A DNA stretch of 63,129 nucleotides, the filler included, from Basidioascus undulatus (Eukaryota): NCBI GenBank assembly GCA_000826855.1. It is 15 parts of 15 records of this genome, joined end to end, with 100 filler letters (N's around TTAATTAATTAA, not from the genome) between each part and the next. Parts side by side here need not be neighbours in the genome. Positions count along the whole stretch, not along the records: positions 1 to 23,487 come from JTLS01000265.1; 14 more parts are not named here. One strand, 5' to 3'. Under the pieces are notes generated by a model that did not search any database, was not told the origin of the DNA, and worked only from the letters and a program-made list of their open reading frames with translations. Position 1 is the first letter of the stretch, and each line of letters opens with the position of its first letter. Shown here piece by piece: positions 1-12,634 of the stretch. The position numbers were made by a program, and so were the translations under genes.

Positions 1-344
1 CCTCCCCCTCCCCCCCCGCGCTCCAAACCCTCTGCCTCTCGCACACGCCCATCTCCGCCTCCGCGCTCATCGCGCTCCTCACCTCCCCGTCCTACGCGCG
101 CCTCTCGGCGCTCGATCTCGAGGGGTGCGAGCTCGACGCGCGTGTGGCGCTCGTGCTCGAGCGGAGCGTGGAGGAGGGGCGGAAGGCGTGCGACGAGGGG
201 TACGCGAGCGGGCGGGGGTCGCCCGTCGGCTGGGAGGCGGAGCTGGAGCTGGAGCAGGGAGGGGATGCGTGGGTGAAGGCCGCGACGTGCAGGGAGTGGG
301 TCGGCCCGAGGCTGAGCTGGGTGAGGGTGTCCAGGTCCGAGTGA
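1..344 (+). CDS. 3' end of an RNI-like/LRR (F-box-type) protein, partial
   Basis: The frame is open from the contig start: SPSPPALQTLCLSHTPISASALIALLTSPSYARLSALDLEGCELD...WVRVSRSE*, with TGA at 342-344. It has LxxLxL repeats and high GC3. Confidence 0.45.
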   Translation, partial: SPSPPALQTLCLSHTPISASALIALLTSPSYARLSALDLEGCELDARVALVLERSVEEGRKACDEGYASGRGSPVGWEAELELEQGGDAWVKAATCREWVGPRLSWVRVSRSE

Positions 345-1009
345 GGAGGGACATCCGACGCTTTTTTTCGCATTTATCCTCTTCCCCTTTTGAGGTTCAC
401 TTTCACATCTCACGGACTTTATCATAGACTTCCACTTAGACTTCCTCTCAGAGACTGTCTCTCGTAGTTTCCACGTTGCTTTGTCCTTTCGCCTGTTGTC
501 TCGCCCGTGCTCCCCTGTAGCCTCTACTGCAGTCCCAATGCCTTGTTTGTTCATCTCTACATTAGAATTTTATCTCACCCCACCTAGTATACTCACATTG
601 TTGTTTCTCACACGCTGTTGTCCTCTCCTGTCTCGTTCTGCATCATTTTCCTGACCGCAACATAGACTTTGTGTAGCCTTTCAGCAGCTGTGGGCAGCTT
701 GGCTCTGCGCGTGTAGGAAATGCCATAGGGTTCATCGTATCTGTGCGAATATCAGTCCTCGTTTTTTACCGGACAAACAAAAGCAATGCTCGCAGGTGCG
801 ATTGTGGAATATCGCTGCGTGAGAGGACACCGCCGGCTGCATGCAGGAAGGGGTGACGGCTGCCTGACGCCAGCCTTCGAGCTTGGTTCGGCGTTGCGAT
901 GTTGCTCTCCGTTTCGTTGCTCTGAATTTCGTTGAATTGCGGTACCGCAACATCTGCATTTCGATATCGATCATCGCCACCTCAAAAGTCATCAGCATCC
1001 TCGAGCCGC

Positions 1010-1755
1010 ATGCCCATGGTGCGCCCACTCTTGCAGCCCCTCCCCACAAACCTCACCCATTCAACCCTCCTGTTCCACCTGCACAGCTATCCCCCAACCC
1101 CCTACGGCGCCACTCCCAAGCGCACGCGCACCCCTCCGCCCACGCGGCCAGCACGCCCTTCTTCCTCTCCCCGCCGCCGTCGCACCTCGCCGGGCGCGCG
1201 CATACGCCCGACCCCGCCCACTGCGCGTGCAACCTCTGCCGATCTGGCCCCGCGGGTGCGCCTGTGCGATGCCAGTGCAATTTGTGGGAGGAGACGTGCG
1301 TTTGCGAGGAAGGGGAGTGCGTCACTGTTCCCCCCGCTACGACCGCAAGGTACTGGCTGTATCTCTCGTCGGGGGAGAAACTGAGGCAGGGAGCGGCTGG
1401 ATTTTGCCAGAGATAGCGAGGAAGAAGGAGAAGCAGAAGACATGGGCAAACCGCGCACGGCGGACTGCGGTGCGCTCAGTCCGAAGGAGCGCGAGCGACA
1501 GCGGCGCATGAGCGAGCCGGAGCAGGTCGGTGCGGACTGGAGCGAAGGCGAACCCGCTCCTGCGTATGAGGTCCGTTCTTCTCCAGAGTCTTCAGAGAGC
1601 TGGGTAGAAGGACTGATGAGGCGTACGCGGTCTGATGGTTTGTCGAACAGGCCAACAAAGACTGCGTGGACGAGGCGCACCGCCGCGGGTGGGCGCGGGA
1701 CGTGCAGGGGACGGTGCTGGATGAGGGCGGGGCGGTTCATCCAGCTGTGTTCTGA
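1010..1755 (+). CDS. Small 4-exon hypothetical protein with a His-rich and Cys-rich N-terminal half
   Basis: ATG at 1010; introns at 1019-1086 (GTGCGC..CAG), about 1349-1410 (GTACTG..CAG) and about 1571-1650 (GTCCGT..CAG) splice in frame. Product: MPMLSPNPLRRHSQAHAHPSAH...HCACNLC...CQCNLWEETCVCEEGEC...VHPAVF*. Confidence 0.55.
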
Positions 1756-3149
1756 AGTTTTTTTTAGGGGACCTGAAGGACTGGAAGAGCTTTGAAGGAG
1801 GGCATGCAACCATGCTTATTGGGTGCTGCTGACGATGTGCCAGTTGCCCCAATCTAGCCTATGGTCCATTGCGAGTTGGCGAACCTTCACGGAACCGCTA
1901 GTTCCGCCAGCCTAGTCGAGACGCAAGATTTTGAGAGGGGTTTATACCTTTACAATCCAAGGAAGGCGGACACATGCCCCTGGGGACAGTGCGAGCGCAC
2001 CCGGAGCAAAGGTCGGGTTCGAGCAGTCGCTCAGGCAGCGCGGATCGGCAGAGGCTCCATAGGCATGCAGGACGACGCGCGCTCCAGATGCCCGTGGCTC
2101 CAAATTGAGCACGGCGGTTGTGTAACGGAGCGAGCGCTTACCTATGATCGCCCTGATGCGGAGACAGGGTGTCAAAGGGGATTGCTGTGCTGTCTGCGCT
2201 CCTACTCGCGCGTACCAGAGCCGTGTCTAATCGCCTCTTGTCGAGAGTGCGTTGCGATACTGGGATTGGTATTTCTCTTGTGCGGAGGGGGGGATGGGGG
2301 TACGGAGCGAAGCTGTGCGCGGGCCGGTGGACGAGCTGGGTCAAGCGAACAGATCGGTGTTTCAGCATATCAAAATGCTTCGGCGGGCCCTGCTTCGTGC
2401 CCCTTTTGCCCAAATGAAACGAAGAATTCATCAGTCGAAATCCTGAGCATACAGCAAGCATGAGGCCCCCCATTCCGCTGATGAGCGACATAAAGCAGAG
2501 AATGGCTAACATGCAACGTCAAAACGTGGTCCAGCTGCTAAGCGCTGCTGAAAGAGGATTAAAGACGTGCAATCTTGAGCCGCCTCTGCACCCTGTGTCG
2601 GTTTATAGTGTTGCCTGAGAAACATCAGAAGACATAGGAAACTAAAGTACTGTAAGGTGGTCCCTGGACGTGTGTGTAGCTTTATTCGTTCCGGAAGTCA
2701 GCTGTGTTGCCTCTTGGAAGACTCGTTCAATTGCTTCGCTGTAATGCGGTTATACTTTAATAAGGAATTAAACATCACACTTTCAGGCATCCCAACTGGA
2801 ACGCTCTCTTTGAGCGTGGCGCTCGACAATTAGTCGGCGTGGGCTGCGAGCGCAATATCAAGAACCACAGGACTTTCTGGCCCAGAACGGCACAGCTTCA
2901 GTCTGAGCTATAGATGTTTAATGTGTGAATTACGGTGTCCTCGAGAAAGCCCGAACATCGGAACTTGATACTCAGGACTGGCAGTATTGCTGAGACGTGT
3001 AGGCATGGTGCATGAGATAGCCAGACTGCAGTGTTTGACGAGGCGCAGACGTAGCATCGAGGATGACAATGCAACAAATCCTAATTTAAAGACGCAAATG
3101 GCCAAAACCGAAATAAAGCGAAGCAATGAAGGCGTCCCTCCCATTCCCC

Positions 3150-6100
3150 TCACTCCCTCGTTCTTCGTCGATCCCGGTCCCTGCCCTCGGCCTTCCCACC
3201 CTCGAACGCCCCCAAGCGCTTGCTCAGCCGCTCTGCCTTCTCTTTTTCCTTCGGCCCCACCGCGAGCCCGTCTAGGAGTACCAGCGCGGGGCACAGCTTC
3301 GCGAGCAAGCCGCGGTATGCGACACGCTTGACGTAGTACGCGTCTGGCAGAGCGCGGCGGAACTTGGCGTCGAGGCTCGCCCAGTCAGGGGTATCGGAGG
3401 AGGGCAGGGGTGCGGGTGGAGTGGCAGACGTCGAGGTGGTTAGGGCGGAAGGCTTGGCGGGCGAGGGGCGAGGGACGATGAGTTTGTAGGAGGCTGCTGG
3501 TGCGGAGGGAGAAATGATGAGGGGGAGGTAGAGCGCCAGCGTGCACGGGTTCATCCTAAGATCGACCACGTTAGGCACAGCGCAGCGGGAGATATGCGAT
3601 GGAAATGGAATACATACCGCAAGTCCAGCAACTCGAGCTCGTGCATGCCCTTCAGCGCCTTCTCGACGCTCTCGACTCGCTCGAGCCGGTTGCCAACCGC
3701 GCTCAGCCGTCGCAGCCGCTCGAGGCCGGTAAGCGGTCGGAGGTCCTCGACGAAGTTGTAGTTAAGATTGACGACGCGGAGGTTCGGGCACAGCGTTGCG
3801 AGGTTGGCGGGGAGGGCCGACAGGCTACACGACGCGAGCTCGAGGTACTCGAGGTGGTAGCACCGCTCGGCGGGGAATGTGGCGGGAATCGAGTTGCCTA
3901 TGAAGTTGTGGGGATTAACTTAGACTCGGAACGATCGAAGACTTGCGCGACTCACTGGAGAGGTACAGTCGTTTGACGTCGCGAATGTCCTTCAAGCTCA
4001 GCTCGCTGAACAACGGGCGCAATGATCAGCAGCCTGAAGAAAGCCCACCCACGGCAGAAAGAACACGCACAACTTCCCGCCCCCTTGCTCACGCAAGCTC
4101 AGGTTTTCCAGCTTGGTCAACGTGCGCGCGTGGAGGATGCGCGCGAGTCGGTTGTTGTCGGCGTAGAGCGTCCGCACGCCCGGGAAGGCATGTGCGTCGA
4201 GGGTCTGCAGGGCGTTCCGGGAGCAGCGCAGCACGCGGAGGCGGGTGAGAGGGGCCGCAGGCGAAAGGGAGATGAGGGCGTTCTCATCTGTGTAGCAGTT
4301 CACTCAGTCAGTCAACTCCTGAAACAAGGTTGCTGAATAGTGCAGACGAACCGAGGTTGAGCGAGACCAAGTTCTCGAGCATCTCCAGCCCTGCGATCTC
4401 CTCCAGCCCATTCCCAGCGAGCTGCAAGCTCTCCAGTCGCGCCCAGCTCGTGCGCGCGCAGTCGACTCGCGCGATGCGGTTGTTACGCGCGGAGAGTTTG
4501 ACGAGCCCGTCGAGTCGCTCCAGGCCGTCAAGCGACGTCATCCGGTTACCGTCGAGCTTGAGCTCGCGGAGACGTCGAAGGGGGGCAAGTTCTGGAGCGG
4601 CAAGCAGGTCGATCGTCAGTGCAAGCCAAAAAGGACTGAAAAGGGGACAGCGACGTACGAAGGACAGAATCGAGCTGGTTGTGCGAAAGGTCGAGGTGCT
4701 CGAGGTTGAGGAGATGGTTGAACGAGGTGAGGCTTGTCAGGCTGTGGAAAGGTGCGAGGTTAGCCTGAAATCTACTCTGCAATGTCGAGGTGCACCGCGC
4801 ACCGATTCCTCTCGACGCTGAGCGTCCTCAACCCGCGCGGGACGCCCGTCAGCCACTCGAGCCTATTCCCCCCCAGATCCAGGACGTCCAGCTCGTCGCC
4901 CACAAGCTTCTTGAGCCGGACAACCCCGTCGAGGCCCTTATCGCGGAGCGAGAGGCTGGTGAGCCTGTCCCAGAAGGGCTCGAACGGCTCGACGTCCGTG
5001 AGCGCCTTGACGATTGCGTCTGAGTTAACACCGAACGAGCACTGCGTCAGGAACGACGCGTCGCTGTTGGGCGGGCGCGATCGGTAAAGTGTCCGGTCCG
5101 GCGCGGAGGCGTTCCGGAGCGGGCGGGGCGGAGGGGGCGCGGTGATGGTGAGGGAGGTGGAGGTGGTGGAATGTGAGCGGGAGACGGAGGGTGAGGGCGA
5201 GGCGAAGGATAGGGATTCTTCGTGCGTGACGCGGCTGCGGCGGCTGGAGACGGGGTCGAGAGCTGCAGAGATTGTGAGTCAGGGATGAAGCCATACTCGC
5301 GAGAGGCAACTGGCTTACAGAGGTCTTCCACATCCCGGCCAAGCTCGTCCAGCTCTTGAACTATCCGCTTGCTGCGCGCCGACATCATGCTTCTCCCGCC
5401 CGGCGCAGCGGTGCTCTCCGTGATTGTCACCTCCCCATCCCCATCCTCCTCGTCCTCACTTCTCTCGTCCTCGCTAGTACCCCAGCTCGACCACCGCTTC
5501 GCGCCGCCACGCTCCTTGCGGAGGCTCCGCGGACTCGGCGCCTGGAACGAGACCGAGCGACCGGGCGTGGTCGCAACGGGTGTGCTGCCCTGCTTGAGCG
5601 CCGAGCGGGGCGGGACAGGCGGCATGGCCGGGCGGGCGGGCGTGGGCGCGGGCGCGGGCGGAGGAAGCGGTGGGGAAGTCTCGGTGGCGGAATCAACCGC
5701 GGACGCTACGGTAAGGTCGGGTGCCTCCTCTTCCTCCACCTCGTCCGCCTCCTGAAGCTGGGTCGTCCGCTCCTCCTCGACCGGCTCGAGTCCGCCCGTC
5801 GCGCCTCCGCCCGCGCCCTGCTCCTCGTCCCCGAAGCTCTCAATCCCCTCAAACACATCGCGCTCCTCCTCGCCCTCGCCCGGCGCGCCCTCGCCAACCC
5901 AGCGCTTGTGTTCCCAATCGAACCGCATCCCGCCCATGCGCTCGATCCCGCCCCATTCCTCCGGCGCGATGCGCGTCAGGTTCGGGGCGCCCGCGACCTT
6001 CCTCGCCTGCGACGACGAGGTCTGCGAAGAGAGCGTGCCGGACGAGGTGGATGGTATGCGCGTAGAGGGCGGGAGGAGGAGGTGGCGGGCGGGGATGGAA

Positions 6101-7901
6101 GAGGCCGGTAGGGAGGCATGCTCGGAAAGGGGAGGGGAGGGAGAAGGGGAGCGGGAGTGTGAGGCGGTCTGGAACTCGACCGCGGGTGGCGGTGGGGGTG
6201 ATAGAGCGCGTGGTGACGGAGGGGCGAACTGGACCTCGTCTTCGAGGCGCTCGCGCTCAATGGATCGTTCCGCCTCTTCGGCAGCCGCGAAGCGCCGGAG
6301 GAGTTTGCGCGGGCTTTCACGCCAACGCCGAACCTCCTCCTTGACCCGCTCGGCGTCGGGCGTGCCTCCGGGGGCGCCGCCACCGACGACCGCAGGACTC
6401 GACAAGCTGCCCTTGATGCGCGCCATGAAGTCCTCGGCCTGCGCGCGGAATTGCGGCGTCCCGTGCTGGGCACTTTGGGGTGCTCTCGCCGCTGCTGCTT
6501 TGCCCGCGGACTGCTCCTCGATGGGCGTGGACGACGCGGGCTGGAAGGTCGGACCGGGGGACTCCACCGCGGCATCGGAAAGGCGCGACGCGAACGATGC
6601 GCGCTCGGACTCGAATGTCCCCGAGTCACCACCCGCCCGCAGGAGGGCCATGAACCCCGCCGCCTCGCGCACATAGTCCCTCCGTGGCGCCTTCACCTCT
6701 TCCTCCTCTTCGCCTTCACCCCTGTGATCCTCCGGGTCCAGGAGCTCCCCCGGCTCCTCGATCAGCTCCGCCTCTACTTCGTCCTGCGGGCTAAGCCGGA
6801 TGCGTTTGCTGGCCCGGTCCGCGCCCTCGCGCGCCGACTCGTCCGCGCTCGAGCCCTCGCCGATGTCGAGCTCGTCGACAAGCGCATCGAGCGCCGTGCG
6901 CGTCGGCGTGTCGTCTCGCACGAAATGGAAGGTCCTGCCGGGGCTGGTGAGGCCCAGGGGCGGCAGGGGCGAGCGCGGCGGGGGGGGAGAGAAGGTGAAT
7001 TGATAGGAAGGGGATGTGAAAGGGTTTGTGAGGGGTGGTGGGATGAGAGGTGGAGCGGGAGTCGGAAGGGTAGGATGGAGAGGTTTGGACGCGGCGGCGC
7101 GGGGAGTGTGGCTGAGGTGTTGGCTGTTGCGTAATGAAGATGGTACGTGGGATGCTGTGAAAATGGTTTTCATATCAATCTTCTTTGTCATGAAACAAGA
7201 CCGACAGACCTTGGCTGTTGACGGTTCCTGTTGCCCGTGGTCGACTGAGGGCACTGGGATAACGTTTCGGTGAGGCTGACAAAATCTCCAATTCATCAGC
7301 AAAGCGAAGGTCCCAGCTTGCAACAAAAATAATGCGCACTTCGTGAGGGAGACGGCGGCAGAGGTGCTGATGGTGGTCGAGCGGAGGAAATAGCCGAAAG
7401 ATCGATGAGCGGAGCGGAGGTGCGACGAGAAGCGGTCAGGCGGAGTGAAGGTGCGTCTGTGAAGATGTACTCGCTGAGCTCAGCTGCCTAGCTACCAGAC
7501 GATGGAAGAGCGTACCACGCTTTCCCATGCTCCCACCCTTCTGCGATCCAATTCCTGACAGCCACAACCGCCCGTCGTTCTCCGGCGCGCGCTGAACGCT
7601 CGTCGCACGTTCTGCCCTCCTCCGCGTCAACCACCGTCATCCTCCGCGCCTCGCTCCAGCCCAGCAACGTACGAGGTTGTTGGAACATGCTTTCTAGCGC
7701 TAGGGGCGCAAAGAAATCGCGCCCTTTGCTGGGTGGGACGAAGCCACCTCGATTGGGGACCGAGTTGTGCACGAGGATGGACCCGACCGCGTTGCCGGAC
7801 GCTGTACGAGCATGGCTGGTGTCGCCGGGCTCGTCATTGAGGATGTCCTGAGCGGAGACCTCCTCCGGCCATTCTGTTGAGAGCTCGTCACCCCAATCCA
7901 T
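3150..7901 (-). CDS. Cdc11/Nud1-like spindle-pole-body septation/mitotic-exit scaffold with C-terminal leucine-rich repeats (multi-exon)
   Basis: N-terminus MDWGDELSTEW..FFAPLALESMFQ, a long disordered exon with GGMRFDWEHKRWVG, then SDS22-like LRR exons (LEHLDLSHNQL, SLDGLERLDGLVKLSARNNRI, LVSLNL, VRTLYADNNRL) and the LRR cap YRGLLAKLCPALVLLDG. Confidence 0.75.
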
Positions 7902-9806
7902 TCCGGCGAATAGGGAAAATCTGAGGAAAGCGAATGAAGAGGAAATGTTAGGGATGGGAGGAGTCGAAGGGGGCGCGACGGAGATTCCGACGCGTCGACC
8001 GTGCACGTGACTTGGTAAATGTTGCGAATATCGCCCGTTTCGATACTGATTTCTGCTGAATTTACAGAGCCCATTATCCACACAGACTTGCTATCAAAAC
8101 GCTTCCTCATCATAAGACTCCAGGGGTTCAAGAAGGATCGATTTACGTACGAAGGTGAACCTCAGTTGTAGTCGGTCCGACGCGAATCGGCCCCTCTGCC
8201 CACTGTGGAAGGCTGTAACCCATGTCAGTAGACTGGCCTGGTGGACCGACGAACTTCAAACCGGACGAACATGTATAACAGTTAGTAGCATCTTCGTACG
8301 TCAGTTACACAAGCAGTGCTGCCTCGCTGGCTGCTTGGACGTTTGTGTCTACACGAGTACCACTTCAGGCAACAGTCGCAATGTCAGTTGCGATGCGCTT
8401 GTACACACTTGTGCCGTAACTACCGCTGGAGCCGCTGCAGGACTCCAACAAAAAAATTCGAGGCCGATAGTTATCGGAGGTTGAATTTGCGCGATCTTGT
8501 CTTCGAAATGTTAGCGCAATCACGGCCTTGCAAGCGGCCCTCCGCTTTTTCGTGCCATTGCCCGTCAGTGTGAAACGGCTTCTGTAGTTGCACGCGGACA
8601 CGTCTGTTGATTGTCTCCGAATACCTAAAGATCAATCAGGACATATCACACTCCCTACTTTCCATCTTTCACCATCATCAAGCGACACATCATGCCCCGT
8701 AACGCGCCGGTTTCGAACCATCCCCATCCGCAAGCGTTCACCCCCTACGCTCGATTCCCGCCCGTCCCCAGCAGCAACCTCGGACTATTGAGGTCGAGCC
8801 TGTGCACCTGCAGCTCCACAAAAGCTTCGTTACCTTCCCACACCCGAGCGTACCAACGCCCAGCATGCCAGTCCCAACCACGGCCCACAGCGCTTCTACC
8901 CGATTGCCTAGCCTCTAGCTACCTCCTTTGCCACCGCGCGAGCACACGTTCACGATGCCCTCCAAGGAACCCACCGATAAACTGCCCGCGTCCTGTTCAC
9001 GTCCAGAAACGCAATGCGGAACAAAACCCGTGCTGGAGAGCATTAAGACTATTGGAAGGGGAGTTCTTATGTGAGCTGAAATTCATCGCCGTGGAGTCGT
9101 AGTCGCACCAGGAAGGCTGTCTGCTAATAACATGACCGCCTCTTCCATGGCAGGTAATGTCTGCGGAATCTAGTATGTATACCGTAGTCACATCCGCCCT
9201 CTTGTTCCCACTTCCAACGAAGATGGTTCACTCACCGCTCTGTCGCATCCCCCTCCCAGAGAAAAGATGAACAAGTCTCCGCGGCCGGCCGTCTTATGGC
9301 AGAAGCCCACGCGCACCCGCCGCAAAGAGCACGTCAACTCCACGAGTATCAAGCAGGGCACAGGGCGCCCAGGAGGAGTCGGTTCCGGAGGCCAGTCGCG
9401 AGCCCGATCAGCATGCCCCCGAGCAGCCCGCCTTCCCCCCGTGCAGCCGCCCGCTGCCGTCGTCCTCGATGCACGGAAGCAGCAGCAGCGGCTCGTACCC
9501 ATCCACTGGTCCTTTTCCTTCCCAACGAACGCGAAGTATACTAGTAGCTCCCACGAGACACTTGGTCCACTACCTCGCATACACGACCCTTGTCCTCTTC
9601 TGATTAAACCACCCCTTTGCACCGGGCATTGACCGAGTCACTTTGGAACACAGAACAGCAAGAGCAACAACCGGACAGAGTAGGGGAAATCTTTCGCAGC
9701 GTGTCAATCTTGCCATGTGCGTTCGTTTGCGGTTGTCACGCTGGCGGCCTGGTGGATGCATTTCCGTGATACGAGAGCCGTCAACTTACCCGTCCCTCTC
9801 GCTCAG

Positions 9807-10243
9807 CGCCTCGCCCACTTCACGTTCGCCCCCTTGCCCACCTCCTCCCGAACGACAGTCGTCCACGTCTCGCACCCCTCCACGCCTGACACCCCCTTCT
9901 TCTGCGCCCACCTCACGCCCGCCCGCTTCCTCCCCCCCATCCCCGCTCGCGTCCCCGTCCTGCTCCTCCCAAAGATCGGGCTGCTCGTACAGCCTCTGCT
10001 CCCGCGCGAGGACGACGTGCTCGTCGCTAGCAAAGGCTGGAAGCTCATCAGGACCAAGGCAAACGTTGGAGTCGCTTGTGCTGGGTTGCTCCGGGGCTTG
10101 AGGGCGGACGGTACGGAGATGGGGAGGCGTTTACGGAGTTGAAGGATGGGCTGAGGGGGTGGGGACTGACCCTGGAGGGGGTCGAGCTGGTATTTTCAGA
10201 GGCCGAGGGGGTAGGGGGCAAGGAGGGAAAAAAGGACAAGTAA
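9807..10243 (+). pseudogene. Frameshifted 3' part of a fungal acetoacetate-decarboxylase-like protein
   Basis: RLAHFTF...PFFCAHLTP..LPPIP..LVQPLLP...KLIRTKAN continues only in another frame as WSRLCWVAPGLEGGRYGDGEAF...VELVFSEAEG..* (TAA 10241-10243). No convincing 5' exons. Family assignment is from remembered motifs. Confidence 0.4.
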
Positions 10244-11249
10244 CCGGTTGGGGGGTATAGTTGATGTTGACAAAACAATATGTACTTCTTCGCATCTGGT
10301 ACCCTTGCAACTGTAACCTGCCTGATTGCGATGGTTTTCTGTGCGTCACGAAACATTTTGTGGGCCCGCTGCTTATCGGCTGCTGATCCGGGGATAAGAC
10401 AGTCTCTTCACTTTGTTCATTGTGTCCTTGTCACTTCAAAGGTTAATGCCTGAAAGGCGAATGTCGCCTTCGCGCCACAAGATAGCATCTTTCATCGCAC
10501 CGCTGCGGGCTTCAGCAGGAGTACAGAGACCGGCAGTGATTGACATTTACCAAAAGTAGTGGGAACTACATTATTCGAATAAAATTTCATAATTAATCGA
10601 GGTCATTGATGCTGTACGATCGCAGCGGATGAGTGGCCGAGGGGTGGATTCGCTTATTGTGCCTGTTGGGTACTTCGCGCTAGACAACTGTGCAAACATA
10701 AATTCAGTGAACGTGAGTCCTTGGATTGTTGCGCTTGTACTCATTCACGGCGAAGCGGTCGAAACGACGTCGCAGCAGAGGGACAAGCAGTTCAGAGCAG
10801 CACGCTTCCCCATTAATTCTCCTCGAGCAGGCGCTGACGAAGTCATGATCATTTCACTAGTGTGACATTAATCAGGTCCATTATCATAAAGGAAGACGCG
10901 TGAGCTCGGTGCGCATGATCCTGCAGGCCCAGCTGAGACAGAAAGCCAGAAGCCGTGAGGAAACTGGCAGACGCATTCGTTAGGCAACAAGATGGCTTTG
11001 ATGAAACTGTACGTCGATGTTTTGAGGGCTTACACTCTTTCATGGCTCCGTCACCAATGCTCTGTGGTTCCAGCTTCGGGTGGCAGGCTCTTCGCATCTC
11101 GGAGGCCCTCCACCGGTTGCGTCAGCTTGCGCATGTAAGGGATTACCGACGTGCAGCGTGCAACGGGTAACCTTCACAAGCTTTCCGCCTTACCACCAAC
11201 TGCGCCTCAACCTGTACATCAGTCCTTAGCATCCATCCCTGTTCTGTCC

Positions 11250-12634
11250 ATGCCCGACGTCGCCGCTACCCTCAACTACCGTTCTCTGGACGAGAGCGTC
11301 CCGGTTCCCGAGTTTCTTCCGAACGCCAGGGAGAAGCCCCAGCTTTTCCGCACGTACATTTCGCAGCGTTGTGAGAACATTATGCAGGCTCAACATGTCC
11401 CCTCTCTTTCTATGCAGTATGGTTTTACAGTCCACCTTTCGGGGAGAAACCCCACAATGCCATGATTCACTCTGTCCCGACTACTATTCACGACCTGCGC
11501 GGGCACGAGAACGAGTTCTTGCTCGAAGAGACCGGCTTCCAGATCGTGTGCCAGGATGGAGTGTGGGAAAACGCGGATTGGGACGATGAGCGGCGGATTA
11601 AGGAAGAGTACTACAAGCTTAGTGAAGAGTACGAGGAATTCTGGTCTCAATCTTTCTTTGCGAGCTGAATTGCTGTTGACGCAAGAAGAGGAACTTGCAG
11701 ACTATTGAAGAAGGTCACGGGGGCGTCGAAGGTCGTCTTTTTCGAGCACACTGTTCGAGTTCGAAGGCAGGAGCACGCTGCTGCAGGCGTGGAGGACACG
11801 CCCGACACGCGGCAGCCCGTCTCACGCGTGCACGTTGATCAGGTACGCATCGTCCTACGGATAAAAGACTCCACTTACAGTTTAAATGCCTAGATGCCAA
11901 AAGCTGCGGAAAAGCGTGCTCGCCGTCACTTCTTAGACGCGGACGCGGAGAGGCTGCTCCGGCGCCGCTATCAAATCATCAACGTACGTCTGGCAGGACA
12001 CACTTCTCCCAATCCGAGGACGTTTCGGGCTGAACTTAGGAAATTAACCTCGGCAAATCTGGCGACCTCTGTGTCTGGAAGGCATCTGGGACGTACCGCT
12101 TGCTCTAGCCGACTATCGCTCGCTCGATCCAGCGCGTGACCTTCATCATGAGGTGAGCCGACGAGCCCTTCATGATACTCTCAGCATGGAACCGGATCTT
12201 ACAAGCATCGTAACACAGAACATGCTCTACTCCCCTGACAGCACCGGTGAACAGCTGGCCGTCAGCCCGCATCGCGACCACAGATTCTACTGGCTCAGCG
12301 GGACACTCGGGACGAGGCCATCGTATTCAAGTGTACGTCGTCCTTTTCCTTTGTAAGGCTTATGCGCATAAGTAGCTGAATATTTGCATGATGATCAACG
12401 TCTAGGCTTTGACTCGAAGCCTGACGTCGCACAGTCTGCACCGTACACGGCCATCGTAGTGCCCGAGGAGCAGCGACCGAAGGGGTCTTTGCCCAGGCAG
12501 TGTGTTGAGCTGCATGAGCTCCATGTTCAGCTCCATATATGAATCAGTGCCCGGAATGTCTTCTAACAGCGTACTTGAACACATGCCGCCAAGCTCTTGT
12601 CTTCTATGAGGATCAGCCCCAGCACGAGCCTTGA
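11250..12634 (+). pseudogene. AsaB/CmcJ-like (GA4-desaturase-like) Fe/2OG-type oxidoreductase, apparently inactivated
   Basis: Exons give VAATLNY, IHDLRGHENEFLLEETGFQ, LLKKVTGASKVVFFEHTVR, RQPVSRVHVDQ, RYQIIN/IWRP, PLALADYRS, HRFYWLSG, FDS and ALVFYE. Lesions: acceptor reads CAA at 12054-12056, frameshift near 12303, and PHTA motif reads PYTA. Confidence 0.75.

Noticed and set aside
2475..2530. CTGATGAG hammerhead-core-like motifs (also near 1613 and 41560)
   Set aside because: No stem II followed by GAAA and no matching cleavage-site helix visible.
5356..7134. Long + strand ORFs opposite the Cdc11-like gene, and similar shadow ORFs throughout
   Set aside because: They are antisense or off-frame by-products of high-GC3 coding sequence, Arg/Ala/Gly-rich with no motifs.
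10425..10480. GGTTAATGCCTG..AAGG resembling the 3' part of a TPP riboswitch
   Set aside because: No upstream CTGAGA or GAACCTGA elements and no thiamine gene nearby.
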